A DNA stretch of 64,000 bases from Candidatus Sumerlaeaceae bacterium (lineage in GTDB: Bacteria > Sumerlaeota > Sumerlaeia > Sumerlaeales > Sumerlaeaceae): the NCBI GenBank assembly GCA_049968255.1, contig JBMFRB010000008.1:1-64000 (forward strand). The letters run 5' to 3'. The notes below the pieces were generated by a model that saw nothing but the letters and a program-made list of their open reading frames with translations, was not told where the DNA came from and did not search any database. Positions 12,621-21,807 of the stretch are shown here, piece after piece; positions within the stretch are counted from its first letter, which is position 1; every line of letters starts with the position of its first letter. Both the position numbers and the translations under genes were made by a program.

Positions 12621-13559
12621 AATCCCTCCAAAATTATATAACTAAATTATCACACAAAACTCCTAACGCAAGCCCTTTTCCCGTGCTCACGACCCGACGT
12701 CCCACCGCGCAGCCAAGGAGGCCAGGCCACGAGGCTGAGTCTCGACGGGGGAAGTTCTGGGAGATTTTCAGGCGCGCCAGAAACTCGAACACAACTTTTG
12801 CGCACTGGTGTAGCAGGCGACACCAACCACGGTATGTCCGGCCAAAAAGTCGAATGGCAGCTACGCGGTGGCACTGATCATTTTCCTATCAGGTGACGTG
12901 CGCGGGTGAGTGGGGCCACACTAGCGACCACCAATGCCGGAAAACCTAATAAAAGCAAGAGTCTACAAAGGGAAGCGCAAAGCGACGGCGGAAGAGAGGC
13001 AAAGCCAGCCGACAGCGAACATATGCTGCCGCCCCACTCACCACTTGGGGCGCTTGCCGACATCGTGCGACTCATGACCGCAACGATTCTCCTGGCGCCC
13101 TACCTACTCGCTTAGTAGCAGCCTTGGCGACTGATCGACCTCCGCGTGGAGAGCCTGCCGAACGCTTCATCGCTTATCAAGTGTTGCCTGAATACGTGCC
13201 CCCACTGCCGTTCTCCTCGTTATCGGCAAAAGCTTTCGTGTTCGACCGACCTTAGCAGCTCGTTGCCATATGATCCGATCTCGTGTTCACTCATCGTGTG
13301 CCAACCGCGTCCCGATAGCCCAGCAATCCAACCAACCGCTACTGGTCGCTCGGCAACATCCTCCCGCTTCCACGCTTGATTGGGTAGGCCAAACCTGCCT
13401 ACGTTACCGCCCTCATTGACGTTGCTGCCACGGACATGGCACCCTACTCGAACCGCGACGCGGTCGAGGCACGCGTGGCTGAGCGCGAAAGCGTTCGGGG
13501 CTCGCAAGCAGAAGGTGACCGAAGGCAAGCGTTTGGCCCGCGCCACAGGGACACCCGAC

Positions 13560-13603
13560 AAAAAAGATGCTCCACTGCGGAGCGAGGGCCGCAGCGGAGC
13601 ATT
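13560..13603 (-). terminator. rho-independent terminator after the DUF5666-like gene
   Basis: Minus strand ATGCTCCGCTGCGG-loop-CCGCAGTGGAGCAT followed by C and a T6 tract, about 50 nt after the stop. Confidence 0.8.
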
Positions 13604-13649
13604 CTGCCACTCGTTCAATGAGAGACGGCCTTGGGGCCAATCTCGGCAA

Positions 13650-14720
13650 TTAACGCCAGCGAGGGCGCTGAACTTCAATCTTCACCGCCACCAAAGTCGA
13701 GCGATCGTACTTCGCTTCCACGCGATCGCCGACCACAAGATCTGCCAACGTGAGGATTTGATTCCCGCGCTTGATAACCGTGTTGCTATCCACGCTGAGC
13801 GTTACGGGACCACCACGGCGCGGCGCAATAGTTACTGAGCTTGCGTTTGGGTCAACCGCCGTGAGTTTACCTTCCACCTGAGCCAGGGCCTGCGGCGGCG
13901 GAACAGGCGTGCAAGGCTTCACCTCTATCTTCAACGCCACTAGCGTATTCGGGTCGTAGTGAACTTCGACGCAATCACCCACCTGGATATCCGCCAGTGT
14001 GGCTGGTAACCCGTTCTTGCAGATAGAGGTACTGGCGTCCACTGACAGCGTCAGTAGGGGCGCGCCATTTTTGGGTGCCACCGTGACCGAGTTAGCACCC
14101 GCATCCACCGCGGTCACCGTCCCCTTGACCTCGGTTTCCACATCCTCGCCACAGTCCTTGAGCTCAATCTTCACAGCTTCCAGCGTGGTGGGATTGTATT
14201 TTACTTCTACACTCGCTCCCACAGCGATGTCGGCGAGAGTCAGCAATCGATCGTCGCACTTGATGACCGTGAGCGACGTCACCGTAAGCGCAACATCAGC
14301 CCCACCGGAACTTGGCGTGACGGTGATGCTACTCGTCGCCACGTCCACAGCGGCGATCGTTCCGTGCACCTCGATAAGCCGCGGAGGTGGCGGCAACGTG
14401 CCACTCTTTGCTTCGATCTTGATCGCGTTGCGCGTGGCCGCATCGTATTTGGCTTCAATCCGATCACCCACAACGAGATCTCCCAAGGTGGCGGCAACGC
14501 CATTGCGCTTAATTTGAGTGGCAGGCGTGACATTCAACGTGACAGGCGAACCGAAGTTCGGCGTGACCGTGATCGTTGAGTTCGTCAGGTCAACGCCAGA
14601 GAGGGTCCCTTTGATTTTCGATCCGGCGCGGTCTGCAAAAGCAGCCCCCACCACAACGAACATCAAAGCAACCACAAGGCTCCTCGCTAAAGCCTTTCGG
14701 GTGGTGAAGCAGCGACTCAT
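13650..14720 (-). CDS. secreted protein of four tandem DUF5666-like (OB-fold-like) repeats
   Basis: Signal peptide ending AFA; four ~75-aa repeats G.l.aVD..a.svTV.P..G..vtL.V...T.I.........LaD..VGd.vE..Yd..T..A.KIE; AAGGAGG upstream. Confidence 0.85.
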   Translation of the reverse strand: MSRCFTTRKALARSLVVALMFVVVGAAFADRAGSKIKGTLSGVDLTNSTITVTPNFGSPVTLNVTPATQIKRNGVAATLGDLVVGDRIEAKYDAATRNAIKIEAKSGTLPPPPRLIEVHGTIAAVDVATSSITVTPSSGGADVALTVTSLTVIKCDDRLLTLADIAVGASVEVKYNPTTLEAVKIELKDCGEDVETEVKGTVTAVDAGANSVTVAPKNGAPLLTLSVDASTSICKNGLPATLADIQVGDCVEVHYDPNTLVALKIEVKPCTPVPPPQALAQVEGKLTAVDPNASSVTIAPRRGGPVTLSVDSNTVIKRGNQILTLADLVVGDRVEAKYDRSTLVAVKIEVQRPRWR

Positions 14721-14766
14721 GATGCGTCCTCCTTTTGGGATGTTATTGTCTAGCCACCTATGTTTA

Positions 14767-14793
14767 GCTTACACGGGCGTCCTTCCTGTCAAG
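14767..14793 (-). promoter_or_regulatory. possible sigma70-type promoter of the DUF5666-like gene
   Basis: Minus strand TTGACA then TAAGCT, but spacer is only 15 nt. Confidence 0.3.
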
Positions 14794-15382
14794 TGGATTT
14801 AAACAGTCCTGTTTTTTTTGAGCTGGTTCTCCATTCCGATGAAAAGGGGGTAAGATGACCCAAAGAAACAGGACGCTCCTCTGAGACGATCCCAAAAGCC
14901 TGCGGCCAGCTGCGTGTGGCCCCGGAAGACAAGGGATGAGTTTGGTGCGGAATGGGTAAGGACATGAAGAGCGCTGCGCGTGCGCACGAGACAGCCAGGT
15001 TTTGAGACGCAAGAGTCCGACGCCAAACACGTGCGCGCAGCAGCACGCGGCGCTGCTCGCCTTCGGGCATGAAAGCCGGTGCCACCCGTTTCTTCGCGCC
15101 AAGACCGCAGGTGCGTGCGATCGATGCCCGAACTCCTCCGCGATGGGAAATGAAAAGCGGAACCCCTGAACAGCTAGGCCAGCTGAGAGCGAATAACGCG
15201 GTGTGTCCCAAACTAGCCCAATGAGCCATGGTGCTGCAGACCACACCTCGCCCAAGAGCACGGCGACGAGGCCCTTTCTTCATGGCAGCAAGGGTTTCCT
15301 CCCGTTCTTTGCGGCACGGCGCTCCGAGCTCCACTTTTGAATTGCCCGCGTTCGGCCTCACCCCACACACTCGACCCCGCCA

Positions 15383-16795
15383 ATGAACAACGCACAAAAA
15401 AGCGAGCGGCCTGTTGCCAAAGGCCAGAACATCGAGCTTGATGTTCACGATTTGGCATTTGGCGGGCGCGGCGTCGCTAGGCTCGAGAACTTCGTTGTCT
15501 TTGTGGACGGTGCTCTTCCCGGAGAGCGCGTGCTTGCCCGCATCGACCGTGTAAAATCAGCCTTTGCCGAAGCCACTGTGCAATCCGTCATCCGGCCGTC
15601 GCCTGCGCGCGTCGAACCGCCCTGCCCTCTTTTTGGTGAATGCGGCGGCTGCCAGCTCCAAAATCTCGCCTACAAAGAGCAGATTCGCCAGAAAGAGAAA
15701 CAGATTCGCGACGTGTTCGCGCACCTCGCTGGCATCCAACTTCCCGAGATTCGTTCGATCATCCCTTCACCCGAAGAGTGGCACTACCGCAATAAGATGG
15801 AAATGGCCTTCGGCAAACGTGCCGACGGCTCCGTCGCCATCGGGTTTCACACGCGCGGAGATTTTTGCACAGTGCTCGACGTTCCCGCGTGCCTTCTCCA
15901 ACCCACGGTCTTCGATGAGGTCGTGCAATTCCTCCGCCACGACATTGAAAAGCAGCATGCCACCGCCCCCGAGCGCCTTACGGCCTACGATCCCGTCACT
16001 CATCGTGGATTCTTCCGCCACCTCGTTATGCGCCATAGCCGCGCCACTAACGACATCCTCGTCGCGATCCTCACAAACGATGGTGAATGGCCGGAATTTG
16101 AAGATCTCGCAGCTCGCTTTCTCGCGAACTTTCCCCAGTGCAAAGGATTCACTTGGGGAATTCATCGTGGGGTCAGCGATGTGGCCCGCATGGAAGAGAA
16201 GCGTCAACAGTTTGGGCGCGGCTGGATCGAAGAAACGCTCGGTGAACGCACGTATCGAATCTCGACCTTTTCCTTCTTCCAAACAAACTCGCTCGCGGCC
16301 CGTTTGCTTTACGACACCGTGCGCGACTTTGCAGAGCTCGCAGGTAAAGAACGCGTTCTCGACGCCTACTGCGGCACCGGCTCTATTGGCATCTATTTAG
16401 CGGACCGCGCCAAAGAAGTCGTGGGGGTCGAGCTTGTGCGCGAAGCCGTGTGGGATGCCCGTCACAACTCTCAACGTAACAAGCTAACAAATTGCTCCTT
16501 CTTTTCAGGGCAAATGCGAGATGTGCTGCCCACCCTCACGAACTCACTGCGTCAGAGATTCGATCGGCTTGTCGTGGATCCTCCACGAGGAGGCATGGAT
16601 AAACGCTCGCTCAAACTGCTCATTGCGCTAGGCGCGCCCCTCATCGTGTACGTCTCATGCAATCCCACCACGCTCGCCCGCGACGCAGTCACGCTGACTG
16701 CTGCGGGCTACGCGCCGGAAGTTGCACAGCCGCTAGATCTCTTTCCCCACACACACCACGTCGAATGCGTTGTAAAGTTTCGCAAGAGGTCTTGA
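15383..16795 (+). CDS. rlmD: 23S rRNA (uracil1939-C5)-methyltransferase
   Basis: TRAM domain, C-x5-CGGC Fe-S motif, SFFQTN, DAYCGTG, VDPPRGG, YVSCNP, DLFPHTHHVE. Confidence 0.93.
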   Translation: MNNAQKSERPVAKGQNIELDVHDLAFGGRGVARLENFVVFVDGALPGERVLARIDRVKSAFAEATVQSVIRPSPARVEPPCPLFGECGGCQLQNLAYKEQIRQKEKQIRDVFAHLAGIQLPEIRSIIPSPEEWHYRNKMEMAFGKRADGSVAIGFHTRGDFCTVLDVPACLLQPTVFDEVVQFLRHDIEKQHATAPERLTAYDPVTHRGFFRHLVMRHSRATNDILVAILTNDGEWPEFEDLAARFLANFPQCKGFTWGIHRGVSDVARMEEKRQQFGRGWIEETLGERTYRISTFSFFQTNSLAARLLYDTVRDFAELAGKERVLDAYCGTGSIGIYLADRAKEVVGVELVREAVWDARHNSQRNKLTNCSFFSGQMRDVLPTLTNSLRQRFDRLVVDPPRGGMDKRSLKLLIALGAPLIVYVSCNPTTLARDAVTLTAAGYAPEVAQPLDLFPHTHHVECVVKFRKRS

Positions 16796-16800
16796 GACTT

Positions 16801-17601
16801 ATGAGGCCCCGGCCACTGCCCAATCACCCAATACGGCTTCTCGTGTTCGACATCGATGGCTGCCTGTCGCGCGGAAGTTTCTCGCACTTCTCTGCGGACA
16901 TGATAATGCGCTTGCGCGAAGTCAGCGCGAAGGCTGCTTGCGATCCACTCTACCCGGCCATCACCGTGTGCACCGGTCGCCCCCAACCCTACGTGGAGTG
17001 CTTTCTCCAAATGATTGGCAGCACAATGCCCGCATTGTGCGAGGGAGGAACGGTGCTTTTCGACCCTCACACCCACGGCGTTTACACCCATCGAGATTTC
17101 GGCCTGCGCGAAGAGCGGCTGCTCGAGGCACTTCGCCACGAAGTCGAGCATGAACTGGTGAACGAGGCAGTGATGTTCGAACCGGGCAAAGTCACTCATC
17201 TGACGTTGCTCGTCATCCCTCCCTTGACGCCCGAGCAGCTTCTGCCAGCCGCGCTCGCTATTTCACAACGTTTTGGCCCCGAATTTATCGTCGAAACTAC
17301 ACGAATTTGCGTGCATTTCCTTTTCCGCCACCTTCATAAAGGAACCGGAGTGGCGTGGCTGAGCGAGCGAACCGGCATCGCACCGGACGAGATGGCAGGC
17401 ATGGGCGATGCGCGCCCCGATGTGAGCTTCCTCGAGATGGTCGGCATCGCCGGTGCACCCGCAAACGCCCACCACGACGTAAAAGCGGTGGCCCATTTCG
17501 TTAGCCAAAAAAGCGACGCTGAAGGCGCGCTGGAATTTATCGATTGGATCCTCGCTCACAATCACCGCTTCTACGAGAACGGCGGTCCGCCACACAACTG
17601 A
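16801..17601 (+). CDS. HAD-superfamily (Cof/IIB-like) phosphatase
   Basis: Motif I FDIDGCL, motif II TGRP, motif III K, motif IV GDARPD; start ATG 16801. Confidence 0.85.
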   Translation: MRPRPLPNHPIRLLVFDIDGCLSRGSFSHFSADMIMRLREVSAKAACDPLYPAITVCTGRPQPYVECFLQMIGSTMPALCEGGTVLFDPHTHGVYTHRDFGLREERLLEALRHEVEHELVNEAVMFEPGKVTHLTLLVIPPLTPEQLLPAALAISQRFGPEFIVETTRICVHFLFRHLHKGTGVAWLSERTGIAPDEMAGMGDARPDVSFLEMVGIAGAPANAHHDVKAVAHFVSQKSDAEGALEFIDWILAHNHRFYENGGPPHN

Positions 17602-17612
17602 GGAGCAAAGCC

Positions 17613-18473
17613 ATGCACATCAGCGCCCACACGCAAATGGTCGGCATCATTGGCTATCCAGTGCGGCATTCTCTCAGCCCCCTCATGCACAACGCTCAAT
17701 TCCAGCGCCTCGGCCTAGATTTTGTTTACTTGGCGTGGGAAGTGCCCCCCTTGCAGCTTGGCGCAGCCGTGCAGGGACTCAAAGCCCTTGGCGCACACGG
17801 ATTCAACATCACCGTTCCCCACAAACAGTCCGTCATTGCTGAACTCGATGAGATCGCGGAAGATGCAAAAGCCATTGGTGCAGTGAACACCGTGCGCTTC
17901 GAGCAGGGACGCGCTGTGGGTTATAATACAGATGCCGACGGCTGGCGCGAGGACATTGAATCGGAGGTCTCCCTAAGGGGAAAGATCGTGTGTGTGGTGG
18001 GGGCCGGCGGAGCGGCGCGCGCCGTGGCCATTGGGGCGTGTCAGGCCGGTGCCGCAACAATTGTGATTTGCAGTAGGCGCTTTGAAACCGCGGAAGCACT
18101 CGGCCAACTGCTTCGCCATTTTTTCCCCCAAGTCAGCGTTGAGTGGAGCAGCTTGTGTGGCAACCACTGCCGTGAACTTATGCGCAAGGCTCAAATTGTC
18201 GTCAACGCCACCCCTGTCGGCATGGCCGGCAAAGGCGGCACGCCTTTTCCCACGGAATGGCTCATCCCCGAGCAATTTGTGTATGACACCATCTACACGC
18301 CCGCCGAAACACAACTTCTGCGCGAAGCGAGGCAACGCGGCTGCCGCGTGCGCAACGGAATCGGAATGCTGGTACGCCAAGGGGCAAAAGCCTTCCATCT
18401 TTGGACAGGCGTCGCGCCTGATCCCATGGCAATGGAAGCCACTGTGCGTGCGGCGCTAGAAGGAAAATCTTGA
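17613..18473 (+). CDS. aroE: shikimate dehydrogenase
   Basis: HSLSPLMH, NITVPHK, GAVNT, NTD, GAGGAA, NATPVGM, GMLVRQG; GAGGAG before ATG 17613. Confidence 0.95.
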   Translation: MHISAHTQMVGIIGYPVRHSLSPLMHNAQFQRLGLDFVYLAWEVPPLQLGAAVQGLKALGAHGFNITVPHKQSVIAELDEIAEDAKAIGAVNTVRFEQGRAVGYNTDADGWREDIESEVSLRGKIVCVVGAGGAARAVAIGACQAGAATIVICSRRFETAEALGQLLRHFFPQVSVEWSSLCGNHCRELMRKAQIVVNATPVGMAGKGGTPFPTEWLIPEQFVYDTIYTPAETQLLREARQRGCRVRNGIGMLVRQGAKAFHLWTGVAPDPMAMEATVRAALEGKS

Positions 18474-18479
18474 GCCTAC

Positions 18480-20411
18480 TTAGCGCGAGATTGGCTGCGC
18501 GTAGCTGTGAAGGCCCCCCGCCAATCCCGGCAAGTACGACACTCCAAAATACGTGATGAGCACCATCAGGAATCCCACCTTCGAGGCCGCCACCGACCAG
18601 CGCCCGCGCCACCCGCGTACCATTCGCAGATGAAGGTAAATTGTGTATGTAAGCCACGTGATAAAAGCCCACGTCTCCTTCGAATCCCAGCTCCAATAGC
18701 GCCCCCACGCGGTATTCGCCCACACCGCACCAAGAATAATCCCGAGGGTGAGAAGTGGCCACCCCACCAAAACGCTGCGATAACACAATTTCTCAAGAGC
18801 TTCCGGCGACGGTAAAAACGCCAGGCGCCCCTTTGAGATTTGGCTAAGAAAATATCCCAAGGCGAAAAGAAACGACAGAAGGAACGCAGCATAGCTAATG
18901 AGCAGCGAGGTCACGTGATAGTTCAGCCACACAGAATTGAGAACGGCCACAAGCGGCTCGACCTTGCGCATGTGCAGGGGCATCGAGTTGGCCATCGTCA
19001 TGCAGAATGTGCCCGCAAGTGCCACTACAAGCCCGATCCACGCGCGCCGATAAGCTGTTTCGAACGCAACCCCCATGAGGCCAAACGCTGCCATTGTGAA
19101 CGTGATGGATTCGTACATATTGCTGACCGGAATGCGGCCCCCGAGAAAATAGCGCGCCACAAGACCAGAAAGCATGAGCAGGGCTGCTACGCTGAGCGCC
19201 CCGACCGCTGCCCAATAACTCCAACGGCCCCACCTTGGAAGCTTCTGCAACTCCTCGTGCATTTTTCGCGGCGGGGAGCTGCCTGCGATAAGCTCCACTC
19301 TCGCGGCAGCAACGCCACCGACCTCCACGGTCGGAATCGGCCGGTTCCCATTTTCAGCTGTTTGGGCCTCAAACCGCCTTAGGCGCACAAGCGCTGCAAT
19401 CGAAAGGAGAAAACCGGCCACAGCGAACCAATACACTTGCGCAGCGCGCTGAAAGGGATGGAAAGCGCTGTACCAACGGTCGAGTTCGCGTTTCCACCGG
19501 ACAGGATAGCCGGAAACCTGCTGTGCGAGTTTCTCAAAATCTTGCACGCTGCGCTCAATCTCATCCCTTTGCACGCGGTTGGCCATCAACCCATCGCGAA
19601 GTGCAGCATGCAAGCGAACCGCTGCCGCCACAAGTTCGTTCGAAACACGGGCGCGCTCAAGCTGGGCTGCGGCCTGGGGATCTAACGCGGGATCCTCGAG
19701 AACGAAAGGCGATGCCATAAGACCCTGCATATCACCCAGGGGAACGATGCGAAACTCGTGGGGAACGTTGAGCAGAGTCGCCACGCGGAACGCGAGCTTC
19801 TTCACGCCCTTCTGAAGCTGCGGCGAAAGACCATGGAGTGCGCTGTCACCATTGGTGAGGTAGCCCATGATGTAGCGCTGACCCGCCGGATGACGCATGA
19901 GGCTCCCCGCACTCACACGATGGCGGTGATTCGTGTCCAAGCCAAAAAGAGCGGCCACCTGTGGGCTCTCGATTGGGATTGCTGGAACACGCATCCACTC
20001 AGCGTGACGATAAGCCATCGAAAGCGCAGTGAGAACAGAGTCTCGACCGTCGAAGCGAGGCTTGCCCGTCACCCCCGCCACGACAATCTCGCTCTATGTG
20101 CGAAGCGAATAGTTCATCCCCTCGCTTTGCACCGCCAGCTTTTCAATCCCACTTTGCGACAGCACCGACGCCATCCCCCCAGGGCACAGCTGCTCGAGAG
20201 TCGGTGCCGGGCTTTCCGCAGAACCAGTCATCGCCCCACCATTTTCAGCGCCTCCAGGATGGGTAGGCGTAAAATGCAGCGGCGCCTCCTGGCGTCCATT
20301 CTTGCGGTAATCGGTCTGCGCCCTGGCCAAACACAAGGTCGTCGCCAGCAAAGCAACATACACGAGAGTGGCCATGGGGCGGCGAGCAAATGTGTATGCA
20401 ATTGGTCCCAT
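18480..20411 (-). pseudogene. ccsA: CcsA/ResC-type cytochrome c biogenesis protein interrupted by one in-frame TAG at 20094-20096 (pseudogene, sequence error or readthrough)
   Basis: WWD motif WANTAWGRYWSWDSKETW, His in NYHVT, YLHLR and GLHSYA; ORFs 20094..20498 and 18480..20081 share a frame, and the upstream part carries the signal-like segment. Confidence 0.75.
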
Positions 20412-20442
20412 CTTTATCACGACTAAGCGATACCGTCGTAAT

Positions 20443-21462
20443 TTATTCGGCTGCGGTCGGTTCGGCAAAAGCCGCACAAAGCTCGAACGGCAGCACATCG
20501 CCCCACCGCAGTTTGCGGGCAGCGCGGTAGGCTGTTTTCCTGCGTTTAGGAATCATCACACGCCTGACCTCTCCGCTAGGCAAACATACGTCGAGCTGAA
20601 TGCCCGCCTGGGATATTCGCGGATGGCCCACGATGCGCCCGCAGAGCCAATCGGAGGCAGCGGTGCGCCCCACTGCCACATAACAAAACTTCTCGTCCTC
20701 GTAACCCACCGTCGCACCATCCACCACGCGCGTCAGATGCGTACGCCCAATCCTGACGCTAAAATGACACCAGCCGCTACCCAAGGCGGCATAGCCACAA
20801 GAGTTCCGGTGGGGACATGGCGCGACAATGTGACCGCCAAATTCTGCGAGCCACGCCCGAGCAGATTGTATAACTTCCCCCCCCGCCGATGTTCCTGGTT
20901 CCACGACGAGAAGAACTTCGTCCACGCGCTCCCACAGTGCGCGGAGAATGCTCTTGCGTTGCGTTGACGAATCCACCTCGCCCAAGCCGTACGAGACCAC
21001 CACGACATCGAACCGACGTGTGTCGCGTTCGAGAAAACGGCCCAGTTCCGCGTTGGCCCACTCGATCGTCGCGCCCCTACAGCTCCCCTCAATCAATCTG
21101 CGTCCCATTTCAATCATGGCCTGCGAACGCTCCACACACACCGCCGTCTCGATTTCGAATCCAGCAGCTTTCGCCGCAAGCAAGGCAGTGGCAGGACCAG
21201 CAAAAGCATCGAGAAGCCGCAACGGCCGACGGGCCAAGGCCCGCATCATCGACGCATCGAGAGAAGAAAAGACCGCAGCAAACGTCCCAGGCAAACGCAT
21301 AGCCAGATACGCCGCAACAGCATCAGGGGAAAATTCTCGAGGCGCCCGGCCGCAAGCATACCCGCTCGCCAGCTCAGCCGCGGCCGCCCGAACACGCCGA
21401 AGACCAAGGCGCTCAACAACCTCCTCAATAGCCCGGACAATTTCCTCTGGTAGCGCTGTCAT
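20443..21462 (-). CDS. Rsm22/METTL17-family small-subunit ribosomal methyltransferase-like protein
   Basis: AYLAMRLP, LVVEPGT, HIVAPCPH..C...WCHF, EDEKFCY, YRAARKLRWGD. Confidence 0.85.
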   Translation of the reverse strand: MTALPEEIVRAIEEVVERLGLRRVRAAAAELASGYACGRAPREFSPDAVAAYLAMRLPGTFAAVFSSLDASMMRALARRPLRLLDAFAGPATALLAAKAAGFEIETAVCVERSQAMIEMGRRLIEGSCRGATIEWANAELGRFLERDTRRFDVVVVSYGLGEVDSSTQRKSILRALWERVDEVLLVVEPGTSAGGEVIQSARAWLAEFGGHIVAPCPHRNSCGYAALGSGWCHFSVRIGRTHLTRVVDGATVGYEDEKFCYVAVGRTAASDWLCGRIVGHPRISQAGIQLDVCLPSGEVRRVMIPKRRKTAYRAARKLRWGDVLPFELCAAFAEPTAAE

Positions 21463-21807
21463 CCCAAGTCATCCCTAACGCGGCTGCCTACGCCGATTCA
21501 AAAGAGCTTTTCTCCCCTGCGGGTGGCTTACCCAACGTCGCGCCGCACACAATTTTCTAGAATCGTGCAAGTGCACGGCAGGGACCAAACATCTACGTCC
21601 CAACGTGCGCAGCGGGTCAAAGCTTGCTGCCATGCGGTCGCTCAGGCACAAGCAGCTTTCACGCCATGTTACGCGCAATCACGAGGCATCGCTCCGAGCC
21701 GTTGCACGTTTTCACGCTGAAAATCGTCCGCGGCATTTTGCCCGTTGCATGCCACGTGTTAAGTGAGGTCAGAATGTTACGTAAAAATCTCGTGGGAAGG
21801 TGCGGCC

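Noticed and set aside
13120-13420. Possible decayed transposase fragment on the minus strand (RQWGHVFRQHL)
   Set aside because: Resemblance to REP-associated transposases is a few residues only, with no HUH motif or flanking repeats
6995-15000. Possible genomic island integrated at tRNA-Ala
   Set aside because: No integrase, no repeat of the tRNA 3' end seen, and no obvious compositional shift
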